Shown here: positions 13,321-24,966 of the stretch, one piece after another
Position numbering within the stretch: position 1 is the stretch's first letter
Layout: each line of letters starts with the position of its first letter
Assembly: GCF_032191835.1 (NCBI RefSeq)
Contig: NC_083241.1
Coordinates: forward strand, 45,508,001-45,572,000
Direction: 5' to 3'
Source of the DNA: Heteronotia binoei
Taxonomy: Eukaryota
Length of the DNA stretch: 64,000 nucleotides
Program-made: the position numbers and the translations under genes
The notes under the pieces: model-generated
What the model was told of the DNA's origin: nothing
The model's input: the letters and a program-made list of their open reading frames with translations, nothing else
Databases searched by the model: none

Positions 13321-16300
13321 CACCGTGTGCTGCTATCACACATAGAGCTTACATTTTTGCCGTCTGGGTGGTAGGAAAGAAAATAAAAGTTGAAGGTAGA
13401 AAATAAATTCTGTCATAAACAAAACAAAATGTGCTATTTGAGCAGAAACATTCCCATACAGCTGTAGCAGATAGGACTTAGTGGCATCAGTGGATATTAA
13501 GGATAACTTTAAAATTGAAACACCTGACCTCTTGAATTAAATGTAGAGAATATTGTTTGCCAAAAGTAGTTACATTTTTTTTAAAAAAAATGGAAGTGTG
13601 GTATACATCTACAGTATCCTTAGGAAATATTAACCAATGCGTATAGATTGTTTATATAGAAATGTTCAAACTATTTGCCCTTTCATTTGACTCATTCCAG
13701 AAGGAGAAAAGAAACCCACTGGCCTTTCTCTCATTGCCCCCCCAAATTTCCCAGTTTTACCACTGAGAACACTGAAGGAGTTCTTTTCTATGCTGTCCAT
13801 TTTGAATGTGTGAATACAATAAGGTTTTTCTCTTTCATAAGAAAAAATATTTTATAGGAAGTTTTTCCTTCAGCGTTCACCAAAATCTCCTAATCTTCCA
13901 TCAGAAAAAAATTGTATGAAGATCCTGAGGTCAAGGGGGGGCGGGTTGCCCCACATATTTTTCTGTCTACTCCCCCCCCTCCCAGATCTTCACACCTCTA
14001 GGTCTCAGAGCATTCTGGGACTCCCTGGCTTGCCCTTGCTTATGGGGATTGCTTCTCCAATTCATGTGCCAGCCGCATCCCCCACAGCAACCCCTGCTGG
14101 CCCCCGGGCGACATCACAGCGCAGGCCGTGCCCCTTGGCCAGCAGAGAGGGGTGGGGCCGGTCTGAGCAGCAGGCAGCTCACCTGCCAGGCCGGCTGCCT
14201 TCCTTCCTTCCTTCCAGGCTCCATCACCATGGCTTTGCTGGAGCACCTGCTGGCAGGAAACGTCTACGTTGTCCAGATCGCGGCCTCCAATGAGGCGGGT
14301 GAAGGGCCCTTCTCCAGTGCCGTGGAGCTGGCCATCTTGCCAAGGGGAGGAGCCACCTCCAACCAGAGGCCCAAGCGGCTGGATTCTGCCGGTGCTGCGG
14401 AGACAGGTGGGAGAGGGCAGGAGGCCTTTCCTAGAGGAACCCCTTTTAATGGGGGTGGATCTGCCCGCTGCTCCAGGTGACCCCCAGCAGCCTGGCAGTG
14501 TGCCTAAGAGGAGACTTTCTTCCCACCTGCAGTGGTTAAGCAGGAAAGCCAAGCGGGGGGCTGCTCTAGGCAGGCAGAGGCGGCCAGAATTGTTGCTCTC
14601 CCTTGGGAGGTGCCTCTCTGGGCAGGCATGGAGGACTCCTCTGTGGTTATGGCTACAGCGGAGACCAACAGCCTGGCCAGTAGCCTCACAGGGTGCCTTG
14701 GCAGGCATCGCAGCCCGACTCGGGCCTGGGAGTGACAGAGGCCTGCAGGTGCCAGGGCACCTCTCTGGTTGGCATCCCTCGGAAGCAGGCAGCTTGTGTG
14801 GCCCCCTCTCCTTCTGGCCAAGCTCTAGCAGTAAGGGGAGCCAGCAGGTGCTGCCCCCAAAACAAAAATGAGCCTGGCCCCGTTTGGGGAGGGGGGCATT
14901 GGGAGCCCCAGAAGAGCCTTCTGGATTAGCCAGTGAGAGTCAGCAGCTGGCTTTGCACAGAGGCCCTGGAAGGCCAGCCGGCCGGCAGAAGAGGCCTGGC
15001 ATCTCCCAGCATTGCCCTCTGGCCCAGGCATCCCAGAGTTGATGAGAGCCAGACTGGTGTCATGGTGAAGTGTGCAAACTCTTATCTGGCAGAACGGGGT
15101 TTGACTCCCCACTCCTCCATTGCACCTGCTGGAATGGCCTTGGGTCAGCCATAGCTCTCTTATCTGGGAGAACCAGGTTGGATTCCCCACTCCTCCACTT
15201 GCAGCTGCTGGAATGGCCTTGGGTCAGCCAGAGCTCTGGCAGAGGTTGTCCTTGAAAGGGCAGCTGCTGGGAGAGCCCTCTCAGCCCCACCCACCTCACA
15301 GGGTGCCTGTTGTGGGGGAGGAAGGTAAAGGAGATTGTGAGCTGCTCTGAGACTCTTCGGGGTGGAGGGCGGGATATAAATCCAATATCTTCATCTACCT
15401 CACAGGGTGTCTGTTGTGGGGGAGGAAGGGAAAGGAGATTGTGAGCCGCTCTGAGACTCTTCGGAGTGGAGGGTGGGATATAAATCCAATATCTTCATCT
15501 ACCTCACAGGGTGTCTGTTGTGGGGGAGGAAGGGAAAGGAGATTGTGAGCCGCTCTGATACTCTTCGGGGTGGAGGGCGGGATATAAATCCAATATCTTC
15601 ATCTACCTCACAGGGTGACTGTTGTGGGGGAGGAAGGGAAAGGAGATTGTGAGCCGCTCTGAGACTCTTCGGGGTGGAGGGCGGGATATAAATCCAATAT
15701 CTTCATCTACCTCACAGGGTGACTGTTGTGGGGGAGGAAGGGAAAGGAGATTGTGAGCCGCTCTGAGACTCTGTCCTTGAAAGGGCAGCTGCTGGGAGAG
15801 CCCTCTCAGCCCCACCCACCTCACAGGGTGTCTGTTGTGGGGGAGGAAGGGAAAGGAGATTGTGAGCCGCTCTGAGCCTCTGATTCAGAGAGAAGGGCGG
15901 GGTATAAATCTGCAGTCCTCTGCTGCTGCTTCTTGACTGCCTCGAATGTGGAGGTTCCCTGCAGCCACCATGGCAGGCCTCTCATTCGCTGGCCTGGCCT
16001 GGCAGGAATGGGGCAGAGCAGCAGTTGGGGGGCAGGGGGCCTCCTGCCCCTCCCCTCCCTGCTGCCCCCTCCTGCTTGGCCTGTCTGGCGAGGGGCTTCT
16101 TCCTTTCTCCTCTCCTGTTGCCTTGCCTGGTCCCTGCCAGCCCTCCGGGGGAAAGCAGCCTGCTGGATCAGGATCCCAGGAGGCAGTGTCGTGCAGTGGG
16201 CAGAGTGTCAGACTAGGCGGCTGAGGTCCCAATCCCTGCGCCAAGGGTAGTTGAGGGCCAGCCAAGTGAGCTCCTTGGAGCGGGGGGTGAGACACCAGGC

Positions 16301-18203
16301 TGACTGGCGGGCCTTCTCTCCTCCCCCCAGCTCCCTCCGGCTACTCCCCGCTGGACCAGAAGTCCATGACAGGCATCATCGCTGGCGTCTGCATCGCCCT
16401 CACCTGCATCCTGCTCTGCGTCCTCATCCTCATCTACCGCAGCAAGGCCAGGTGAGGCAGGGCGGGGGGAGGGGAGGGGAGGGGAGGGGGCAGGAGGTGG
16501 GTGCGCAGAGGAGAAGGGAAGGCAGCCCCAGCCGCTCAGAGGGGAGGCCAGGCTGTGATCCTGCTGGGAGCTTTTCATTTGGAAGTGCTTCCCCTCCCAC
16601 CCCGACAGTCCAGGAAGTGGGGCAGGGGACTGTGATGCTCAACTCCCGGCCTCTGCACTGCCCAGCCCAGCCCAGCCCCCTGAGGGCCAGGCTCACCCAG
16701 CCTCCGGCTCTTGTCTTGCAGGAAGACGTCTGCTCCCAAGAGCGCCTCGCCAGGCCCTGCCCTGCGCTCTCCCAGCGGCCTCTCTTCAGGCGGAGCCGGC
16801 GAAGTGGCCAAGAGCGTGGAGGGAGCTGCAGAGAACGAGGAGGTGCTGCTGCCCATGACGGGGAGCAGTTTCCTGGATGCCAAGGTGCCACCCCCCTCTA
16901 GGCGTGTCTTGCTTTGCTCTCCCTGCCCCCTCGACCCCCAGCCATCCCCTCCCTCCACAGGCCCTGGCCGGCCAGTTGCTCCTGCAAGGCCCCCCCCTGC
17001 AGGCTGGGCACAGAGGCCGGAGCCAGCCCCCACCCCGCTGGTGCCCTCTGAGCCAGGATGGGTCTTCTCTCGTGTGGGGCCCTCAGTGGGGGAAGAGGGG
17101 GCAGGAGGGCTTTCTGGCGTTTATCTTGAGGGGTGGTCTTCTGCACCTGGGAGAGGAGGGAAGGGCCTCATTCCAGCCCCCCCTTCGGCCTTTCCTCGCA
17201 CCCCCAGCCCCATTTGGGTGCCTTCCCAGCACAAGAGGGGCAGCCGCTCCCCAGAGTGGGCGGAAGGCCCAGAGCAACCGCTGGGGCCCACTTTGGCCCC
17301 CTCCCCTGTGGGTGGGCTTCCCGGGGGGCTCTGGCTGGCCCTTGGGGCTGGCCCTCCTGCCCTCTTGCTGGAATCAAGCCAGCCTGCTTTTTTCTCCCTC
17401 CCTCCCAGGGGGGCACCGACCTGATCATCAACAGCTACGGTCCGATCGCAAAGAGCAGCTCTCCGAAGAAATGGGGGCTCTTCCCAGCCTGGAAGAAGGG
17501 GAAGCTGGAAGAGGTAACTGGCCAGGAGGGCTGAAGCAAGGGATGCCCTTGGCTGGGGTGGGGGTGGGGGGTGTGCCTCAGAGAGCCTGCTCAGACCAAT
17601 GGCAACCCCTCTGCCTCTCCTGCCAAACGGGCTCAGCCTCTTGTCCAAACCAGCCCAAGCGTCTGCCAGAGGAGGCTTTGGGCCCTGGAGAGCTGCCATG
17701 CATCGTCGTGGCTTGGGGGGCCCAGTGGTCTGGCTCTGGGGAGAGGCTGCTTCCTCTCCTCCCGCTCTGGGTTTGGCAGTTCTTCTCCCAGCCTTGGGTG
17801 CCTTCAGAGCGTGGGTTGGCTGGGCTAATCAGGGGCTTGGCCTTCCTCTGCTCTGCCTGCTCCCCAGAGACCGTGTGCCCAAGCAGCGGGCGTGTACCAG
17901 GCGGGCCCCACTGTCCTCCTTGGCGAGGGACGGCCCCGGGAATCCACAGAGCAGCAGCTGAGCTACCAGGTGACCTTCAGCGTGACGGCCGACACGGAGC
18001 ACTCCGCCCACAGCGAAGGGAGCCACGACACCGGCGATTCTGGGAGGTTCTCTCACGAGTCCAGCGATGAGCTGCCTCTCTCTGTGGCCACCACTGGGGC
18101 TGCTCCTTGGGGAGGCCCCGCCTTGTGTGTGTCCCCCTGCCCCGCCTCCAAAGAGCCGCCTGACCAAAGCCCCCCTCCCCCCCTCCCGCCAGCACTGGAC
18201 TGA
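30..18203 (+). CDS. PRTG: Protogenin, 3' part (FN3 repeats, TM helix, cytoplasmic tail); 5' exons lie upstream of the window
   Basis: Coding exons, all GT-AG and phase-consistent: 30-335, 1260-1448, 10702-10797, 11082-11268, 12432-12559, 12681-12851, 14218-14406, 16331-16451, 16722-16884, 17409-17513, 17868-18203 (stop). Peptides [82 protein letters not shown] and [24 protein letters not shown] match recalled human PRTG. Confidence 0.97.
700..1000 (-). mobile_element. CR1 3' fragment
   Basis: cagggtcatctagtccaacccc is the reverse complement of the CR1 terminal motif also seen at 23440-23460. Boundaries approximate. Confidence 0.6.
2486..2684 (+). mobile_element. Degenerate CR1 3' fragment
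   Basis: aatggatatgaactacagcaaaggaggttt..tagatggcc..ggtcccatccaaccctgtgat. Confidence 0.6.
4456..4707 (-). mobile_element. tRNA-derived squamate SINE (Squam3-like)
   Basis: Reverse complement of the family at 42356 (tgggagaaccagggttgattcccc, cacagggtgtctgttgtgggg, (TTC)n tail). Confidence 0.85.
4807..4915 (+). mobile_element. Decayed CR1-type reverse transcriptase fragment
   Basis: [16 protein letters not shown] resembles the CR1 ORF2 motif SQHGFxKGRSCLTNLL. Confidence 0.5.
11611..11898 (-). mobile_element. Sauria/Squam1-like SINE with RTE/Bov-B-type tail
   Basis: Minus strand ggagccccgtggcgcagagtggtaaag (box A), gagttcgatccc (box B), ggggaaggcaatgcaaaaccacc tail. Confidence 0.8.
15044..15920 (+). 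mobile_element. Squam3-like SINE with tandem expansions (2 x 79-bp head module, about 5 x 104-bp tail module)
   Basis: Head gagagccagactggtgtcatggtg; tail units begin near 15293, 15397, 15501, 15605, 15709. Confidence 0.9.
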
Positions 18204-21200
18204 CACAGGCTCAGCGGGCAGGGCAGGGCAGGGGGGGTTCCCTTCAAGGACAATGCACAGGGCAGCCTCCCCCCCAGCATTCTGTGGGGCTGGCCGGGCC
18301 CCCTCTCTGTCCACGGTGGGCGTGGCCTTTGCGGTAACGTGTGAAACTCACTCGCTTTGAATGTTCGTTGCTCAACAATGTGAAAGGGGGGAGAAGGGTA
18401 AAGAAGAAGTGTTTTTATCTAGATCTTATATATCTATGTGTCACTGGAGCAAAGGGAGAGCCCCCTTTGCTGACTTATCTACCTCAGTTTGCCAGGTGGT
18501 GAACTCTGAAGACCAGCTCCATTACCTCATCCGTGCACTGCGGAGCCTCGTGCTCAGTCACAGAACGGACGATACTTCCTAGCACCCCGCCCCCCCCCCC
18601 GCCCCCACTGGGATGTGTGTTGTGTGTGGATGTGTGCTTGTGCTTGAAGGAGTGGTCTGGGTCCTTGTGCAGAGCTCTTTGGCCAAACCTCGGGCTCCGG
18701 GAAGGGGAGGAGAAAGGCAGCTGGGCAGCTTCTCTGGCAGCGGGTGCCCCACCCGGCAAGCCCTTGGGGAGGCGTGGGGGCTGCCTGACTTGAAAAGGCC
18801 TGAGGGACACCCTAGAAGGATTCCCCCCTCCGCCCCCTCCCCCCAGGGCAATTGGGTTGCCTTTTAGAACCAAGTCCGCCTCCCCCCCCCCCCCCCCCGC
18901 GCCTCAGACAGTTGTGCCTTCTCCTTGCGATCCTCCGTGGGGGCCCAGTGCTTGTGTCTGCTCCGAGAAGCGCTGCCCAGATAGATGTTGGCTGGACTAG
19001 ACCGGGCTCACCCGACCCCCCTCAAGCGTTTCCTGCTACTTCCTAGCAACGGTGCCTTCCATGTCGCCTTCTGAAATCACAGTTTTGCCTTATGCCCTTT
19101 CCTCATATTCGTGAAGTTGCTTTGGAGTACAGAAAGATGCCTTAAATGCTCTCAGAGGGCGGGGGGGGGGACGGAAGGGGTCCCAGGGACTCGGGAATGG
19201 GGGGGCGCTTCTGTGCCAGACTCAGCCCTCTGGCCTCCCATCTGGCAGCTGCTACTGCAGGCCGAGGCCTGGCTCAGTCTGGCTCCAGAACCCCGGAGAA
19301 GCTGCCCAGGAAGGAAGGAATGAAGAAGGCCGAGGTGGAGCCAAACAGACTCTTGCTGGCCCCGGGCCCTCCTCATCGATACTACCTCCTTGCAAAGTGA
19401 GTCTTGTGTGGTTGTTGTTTTCCTGTACTCAGGGCACAGTTGGTGACTTTTAAGCTGCCTTGCCGCAACGGGGGGCAAACTGACAGGGTATCGTGTGTGT
19501 TGTCTTGATTTTGCAGTTGGTGAAGGAGAGCGCCGGCCACTCCCCCAAAGCCCGGCCCCCCGAGGATTTGCTGCTGCCCAGAGCAGGGAGGGGGGAGTTG
19601 GTCTCCCTGCATCTCTGGCTTTGGGGGGTTGGCAGGGCTCTCCTCCACGTGTTTCGCCTGCCTGTGTGTGTGTGTGTGTGTGTGTGTCTCCTAGTGCCGT
19701 GCCAGACATGGCATCTTCCCCTCCCCCCTTGTCTTGAGACTGAAGGCTTTAAAGATGATAATAATCTTGTACCAAAGAATTTTCTGTAGAAAAAAAGCTG
19801 CATATTTTCCAAAAAAAAAAAAACCCCATATGATTGTGCTAGTTGAAAAAATATAGGTTTGAATCGATTTTATTGCCTAAGTAGCTACTAACCAGAAGCA
19901 GAAGAGAACTGAACGGTCTCTGGATCGTAGGAATTGGTTGATTAGATTAGTTATTCCAATTTTAACTACCTTATTGTTACATGAACTTTTTTTTAAAAGA
20001 AAATTGAAATGACCGCTCCAAAGACTTCCAAGTGTAATTATGTTTTCCTTTTCTTTGGCAATTAGCTCTTTGACAGTCCAGTATTAGATTATTTTGGGGT
20101 TTTTAAAATCTACTTGCTGAAGAAAAAGAAATTCTTCTCACCAAAGATGTATTTTTTTGGACTCATGGGACAAAACTGTTGAGCGTACAGCAGAAGTTAG
20201 ACAAGAATATCTTGGCCGTCGCTTGACGCTTCCTGCAGCGTCTTCCAGACTGGCCGTGTGTCTCTGTCCAGCGTGCCACCAGCTGCTGTGCCTGGGAGGA
20301 CCGTTTCCTTCTCCAAAGACTTGTTTGCTGTGAGGACAAACCCTTGGGGAGGGCAGCACAGGGCATCCGTGAACTCTCCTCCTGGGTGCTGCCATACCAA
20401 AGACGGGAAGCCTGCGGGGCTGTTGTGGGGCAAGACGTTGCTGCTCCCTTGGTCCCTAAGCCTGCAGGGTACGGGGTCGGGAGCATGCTGGAGGAGCAGG
20501 GGTGCTTCCAGTTCCCCCGCTCTCTGTCCAGATCCCAGGCAGGGAAGGAGCTCTGTGGCCTGCGTTTGCCTCCACCTGACAGAGGCGAGCCGAAGAAAGC
20601 GACCCGGCAGCGCCTTCTCTGTGGCCCAGTCAGAGAGAGGGGTTTGGCTGGCTGGGGCGTGCGAGAGAGAGCCAGTTAGCTGAAGACTAGCCAGAGAAAT
20701 TGCCTTTCCTCGAGTACCTTTTAACAGCAAATGGAGACAACCAAAGATATTTAAGGTTACCTCAGCGTAGAGGCGTGTGTTAGTTAGCTCGCTTTGCCTT
20801 GCTCTCCTTGTTTGCCATAGCAGTAGGTTACGACCTGCAAGTCCTTCTGTAGCCCCCACCCCACCCCACCCCGTGACTCGAGGCCTGTCTCGCCCGCCTG
20901 GCCCAGGGCACAAAGGCGGCAAAAGGTGCTTCCGCCTCTGCCGAGCCCTGGAAGGGGCTGCCGGGCTGCTGCTGACCGACAGGAGCGGCCTCGAGGCTCT
21001 CCACTCCTCCTTGAGGAACTCAGGCCTGCTGGTTTGGGCACCAAAGATGCCCTCTGATCTGCCAAGTAGCCTGGGCCACACAGCGCCCTCCAAGCCAAGG
21101 GAGGAGGAGGAGGAGGAGGAAGGCCTTTCATGCCGTTTGGGCACCTGCCAAAGCTACTCTGTGCAAAACACACGTACTCTAGAGTAGTCCCACTGATGTC

Positions 21201-21321
21201 AGAGGGACACCAAAGAAATAACTCTGGAGTAAGTGGTGTGCTGCGGATTGGATCCTTGCCTTGCCCTGCGGGTGGCCGAGATGCAGACAGAGACATCTAA
21301 GCAGCATCTGTTGGGCATGCC

Positions 21322-21505
21322 CAGGGGGCTTTTTGGGGTAGCAGGAACTCCTGTGCCTTTTAGGCCCCACCCCCCTGATGTAGCTAATCCTCCTGGAGCT
21401 TACACGCTCTTAGTGCAGGGCCTCCTGTAAGCTCCAGGAGGATTGGCTACATCAGTGGGGTGGGGCCTGATATGCAAAGGAGTTCCTGCTACAATAAAAG
21501 GCCTG
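21322..21505. mobile_element. Palindromic non-autonomous DNA transposon (hAT-like MITE)
   Basis: Arms gtagcaggaactcc..gatgtagctaatcctcctggagcttaca and tgtaagctccaggaggattggctacatc..ggagttcctgctac. No clean 8-bp TSD seen. Confidence 0.75.
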
Positions 21506-22593
21506 CATGGCACAACACCACAACCCACAGGTTGTTGAGTGTGACAGCGACTCTGTCCAGAGAGCTCACGTCCTGGAGGCAGGAGGGGTTTCTCTCCTGC
21601 ACCCATTGCAGATACGACTTAGATGCTCCTGGGCCCAGAATGATGCTCCCTTAACCCGAAAGGCGGAGCACTCGTGACCCCAAACCCTGCGTGGGGGGAG
21701 AAGGGGTGAGCAGAGCTGCCCTCCCAGCCCTTTAACCCCTCTGCTTCTGAACCTGAAGGGCATCAACATGCATAGCTTGACCCCCTCGCAGGGTGGCTGT
21801 GAGGATAAAGCGGGGGGGGGGGGATGACGGAAGCCACTTTGGGGAGAGAGGGGGAATCTAACTGGAGGAGATCTGCTCCCACTTGAGTTGGGGGTAGGAA
21901 GAATTCTTTGTCCCTCGATGGGATCTCAGCAGCTTGGCCATGTTGCCTAGATGGGGATTCAGTTTGCATCATGACCCCCCCCCTTCCCCTCCAAGACAGT
22001 CCCCCCCCCCATGGGGTTTGCCTCCTTGCTGGGCACACCCCTCCCTTCCCTCTGTTTGGTGCTTTGGGCCAGTTGCTTGCACCCGGAACCTCCACTTCCC
22101 TTTGGAACGTTAGGTTTTGTTCCTTTCTGTTGTATTCTGAAGATGTGAATGAGTGGCGAGTGCGGGAGCCGGTGATCTTCCTCGAGCGGTGGGTGTTCTG
22201 GGTCCCGCCACTCCCTCCTGCTGTTTCTTGTAAGGGCGGCAGCAGCTGCCTGGCCAATGGAAGACGCGGCTGAATTATATTAATTTTATATTTGACTCAG
22301 GGGATCAGCTCTGCGAATTCCAGGGCACGAGGGCAGCTGCTGTGTGCCGTGATCATGAATGTACCTTTTAAATGTCTTTTTTAATGTTTTGTTTAATAAT
22401 GTGGAATTTTTTTAAAATAATTCTTTTATTTTTTATCTAGAGCATTGTAGTGAATGTTAACCGGGTGTGTTTCTCTGCCTCCCTCTGGCTTGTTCTTTCG
22501 ACAAGCACAAATGTCATGCCAAAAAGCGTAGAAGTGTTGATGCCAAAATGTTTATGAAACGGCTGTCTAAATACTGATGGATTGCACAGTTTG

Positions 22594-22599
22594 AATAAA
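22594..22599 (+). terminator. Candidate PRTG polyadenylation signal
   Basis: AATAAA at the end of an AT-rich block (22270-22620) about 4.4 kb after the PRTG stop. Confidence 0.55.
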
Positions 22600-23059
22600 A
22601 GTTTCCTTTAGTAAATGGCGGTGGCTTTTTTCCCTTGAAGAAGTCATTTCCTTTCCAGGCTCTGCCGGGTTTTCTCAGAGGGCTGCAGCCCGAAGGTCCT
22701 CGCAGCAGCAGTGCACCTAATCCTAAAAACGCTGACGGGAGGAGACCGTTTCAACCCTCCCCTCTGATTCCTCTGAGAGAATTCACACATGCACTACTCC
22801 CCCCCCCCCCACTCCTGCTCCCTGGCCTCGATCCAGAGGCATTAGAGATCCTAAGGCAGGCTGCTGCTTCCTACGCCGAAGTTGCTCCAGTTGGGGGCTC
22901 ACCCCCCATGCAAGGCCAGCTACGCAACCCGTTGTGTTCCGACATCTCCGCTTGATCTACTGCTGCCGCCTCCTTGGGGCAGGGCCTCCACAGGACATCT
23001 GGGCCCTGAGGTCAGGCACCACCCCCAGGCAGGAGGGCACCCCCCACCCACCACAGCAA

Positions 23060-23710
23060 GCCTAGGAGGAAAGGCTGAAGGAGCTGGGGATGTTTGGCCT
23101 GGAGAGGAGGCGGCTGAGAGGTGATACGATCACCATCTTCCAAGTCCTCGAAGGGCTGTCGTATTTATAGAGGATGGGGTGGGATTGTTTTCTGTGGCCC
23201 TGAAAAGTAGGACCAGAACCAATGGCTTGAAATTAAATCAAAAGAGTTTCCGGCTCAACATGAGGAAGAACTTCCTGACCGTTAGAGGGATTCCTCAGTG
23301 AAACAGGCTTCCTCCTCGGGAGGTGGTGGGCTCTCCTTCCTTGGAGGTTTTTAAACAGGCTGGATGGCCATCTGACCGCAATGAAGATCCTGTGAATTTA
23401 GGGGGAGGTCTTTGTGAGTTTCCTGCCTTGTGCAGGGCGTTGGACTAGATGACCCTGGAGGTCCCTTCCAACTCTATGATTCTATGATTAGGAACAACTT
23501 CCTGACCATTAGAGCAATTCCTCAGTGTAACAGGCTTCCTCCTCGGGAGGTGGTGGGCTCTCCTTCCTTGGAGGTTTTTCAACAGAGGCTAGATGGCCCT
23601 CTGACAGCAATGAAGATCCTGTGAATTTAGGGGGAGGGGTTGTGAGTTTCCTGCATTGGCAGGGGTTGGACTAGATGACCCTGGAGGTCCCTTCCAACTC
23701 TAGGATTCTA
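23060..23710 (+). mobile_element. CR1 LINE 3' end with the last ~220 bp tandemly duplicated
   Basis: ggagctggggatgtttggcctggagaggaggcggctgagagg..ggactagatgacc..ttccaactctatgattctatgatt, then a second copy at 23490-23710. Confidence 0.9.
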
Positions 23711-24966
23711 AGCCTCCCTCTAGCCTGAGGTCCGAATGAGTTGCAGGTTTGTTTTGCGGGGGAAGGGAGAGGTTAGAGAGGCTCCGGCTGAGGGGTTCTC
23801 CCCTGGCCCTCTGCTTTCCTGGTGGGGCGGGCTGGGGGTCCGGCAGGCACCCCACACACTGGGAGTTGCTGCTGCAGGGGGTCTCCCATCATCACGGGCT
23901 GGGGGTCTGCGGCCTGTCCAGGATGGGGGTCAGCCTGGGTGCTGCAGGGAAAGAGGCAGGCGTAAGAACTCTGGGGCCACAGGCCAAAGCCTGGGGCCGT
24001 GGTCTGGCTGATGCGGGGGGGGGGGTCTCAGCCAGGAGGGAGCTGGAGGGGCCTGCCCAGCCAGGGGGATTCAGGACCCCACAGCCCCCCACTGGAGGGT
24101 CCATCCATTCTCACGGGGTGGGGGGTGGGGTTGGGATGCTGAGGCCAGAAGCCATAAAAGGCCAGGGGAGCCTTATATCCCACTTCCCAAAGGAGTCTCA
24201 GAGCAGCTCCCCTCCCCACAACAGGCACCTTTTGAGGTAGGGGGCCCTGAGAGGACAGGGACTCCACCTGGCTGCATGGGGGAGGGGGGAATCAAACCCG
24301 GTTCTCCCAGATTCGAGTCTGCTGCTCTTCACCACTGGCTCTGGCTCTCGGGGAGGGCCAAGAAGGAGCTGGCTTTGGGGCTGGACCGGAGCCGAGTCCC
24401 GAGGCGGTTAGCAGCCCCCAGGAGGCCTGAGGAGGGGCTGGGCTGCGTCCTGCCCAGGCTTTTCTGCACCCGGAGCGGGGTGGGGGTGGGGGTGGGGGCT
24501 GCCTGGCTGCTGGGATCCCATATCGGGGGGGGGGGGGGGTCCAAGAGAAGCAGCAGCAGCCCCCGGCCTAGCCTGGCCAAGCCAGCGGGGGGGGGGGCAA
24601 GGACTCCGAGGAGGTGCATCCGGGGCAGGCAGGCGGGGGGGGGGGTCACCACCTGGGCAGCAGCAGAGGGACCCCCCCCCCTTGGAAGGAGCGGGAGGCG
24701 AAAAGCAGGAGGCAGGCAGAAGGGGGGGGGGGGTCGTCTGCTGCGTCCAGGGCCCGGCTTGGGGCGCCTCCCGCCTTCTCGGGGAGGTTGGTGGGGCTGG
24801 AGGTCGGCTGCACACGCGCGCGCCCGGGGACTCGCTCCGAGGGCGGCGGTGGCCCTCCCCCGCTAGGCGCCTCCCCCCAGGCGGGCGGGCTGGGCGTCTG
24901 GGAAGCAGGAGCGGCCCCGTGCGGGCCCCGCCCCGGAGAGGCGGGAGGAGCGATGGTGCGCCGGCG

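Noticed and set aside
18090-18203. PRTG C-terminal Pro-rich extension relative to human
   Set aside because: The PRTG tail length varies among vertebrates as I recall, so this is not evidence of novelty.
20440-21050. LVPKPAG peptide appearing on opposite strands near 20450 and 21030
   Set aside because: The nucleotide match is short and gapped, consistent with chance in the PRTG 3' region.
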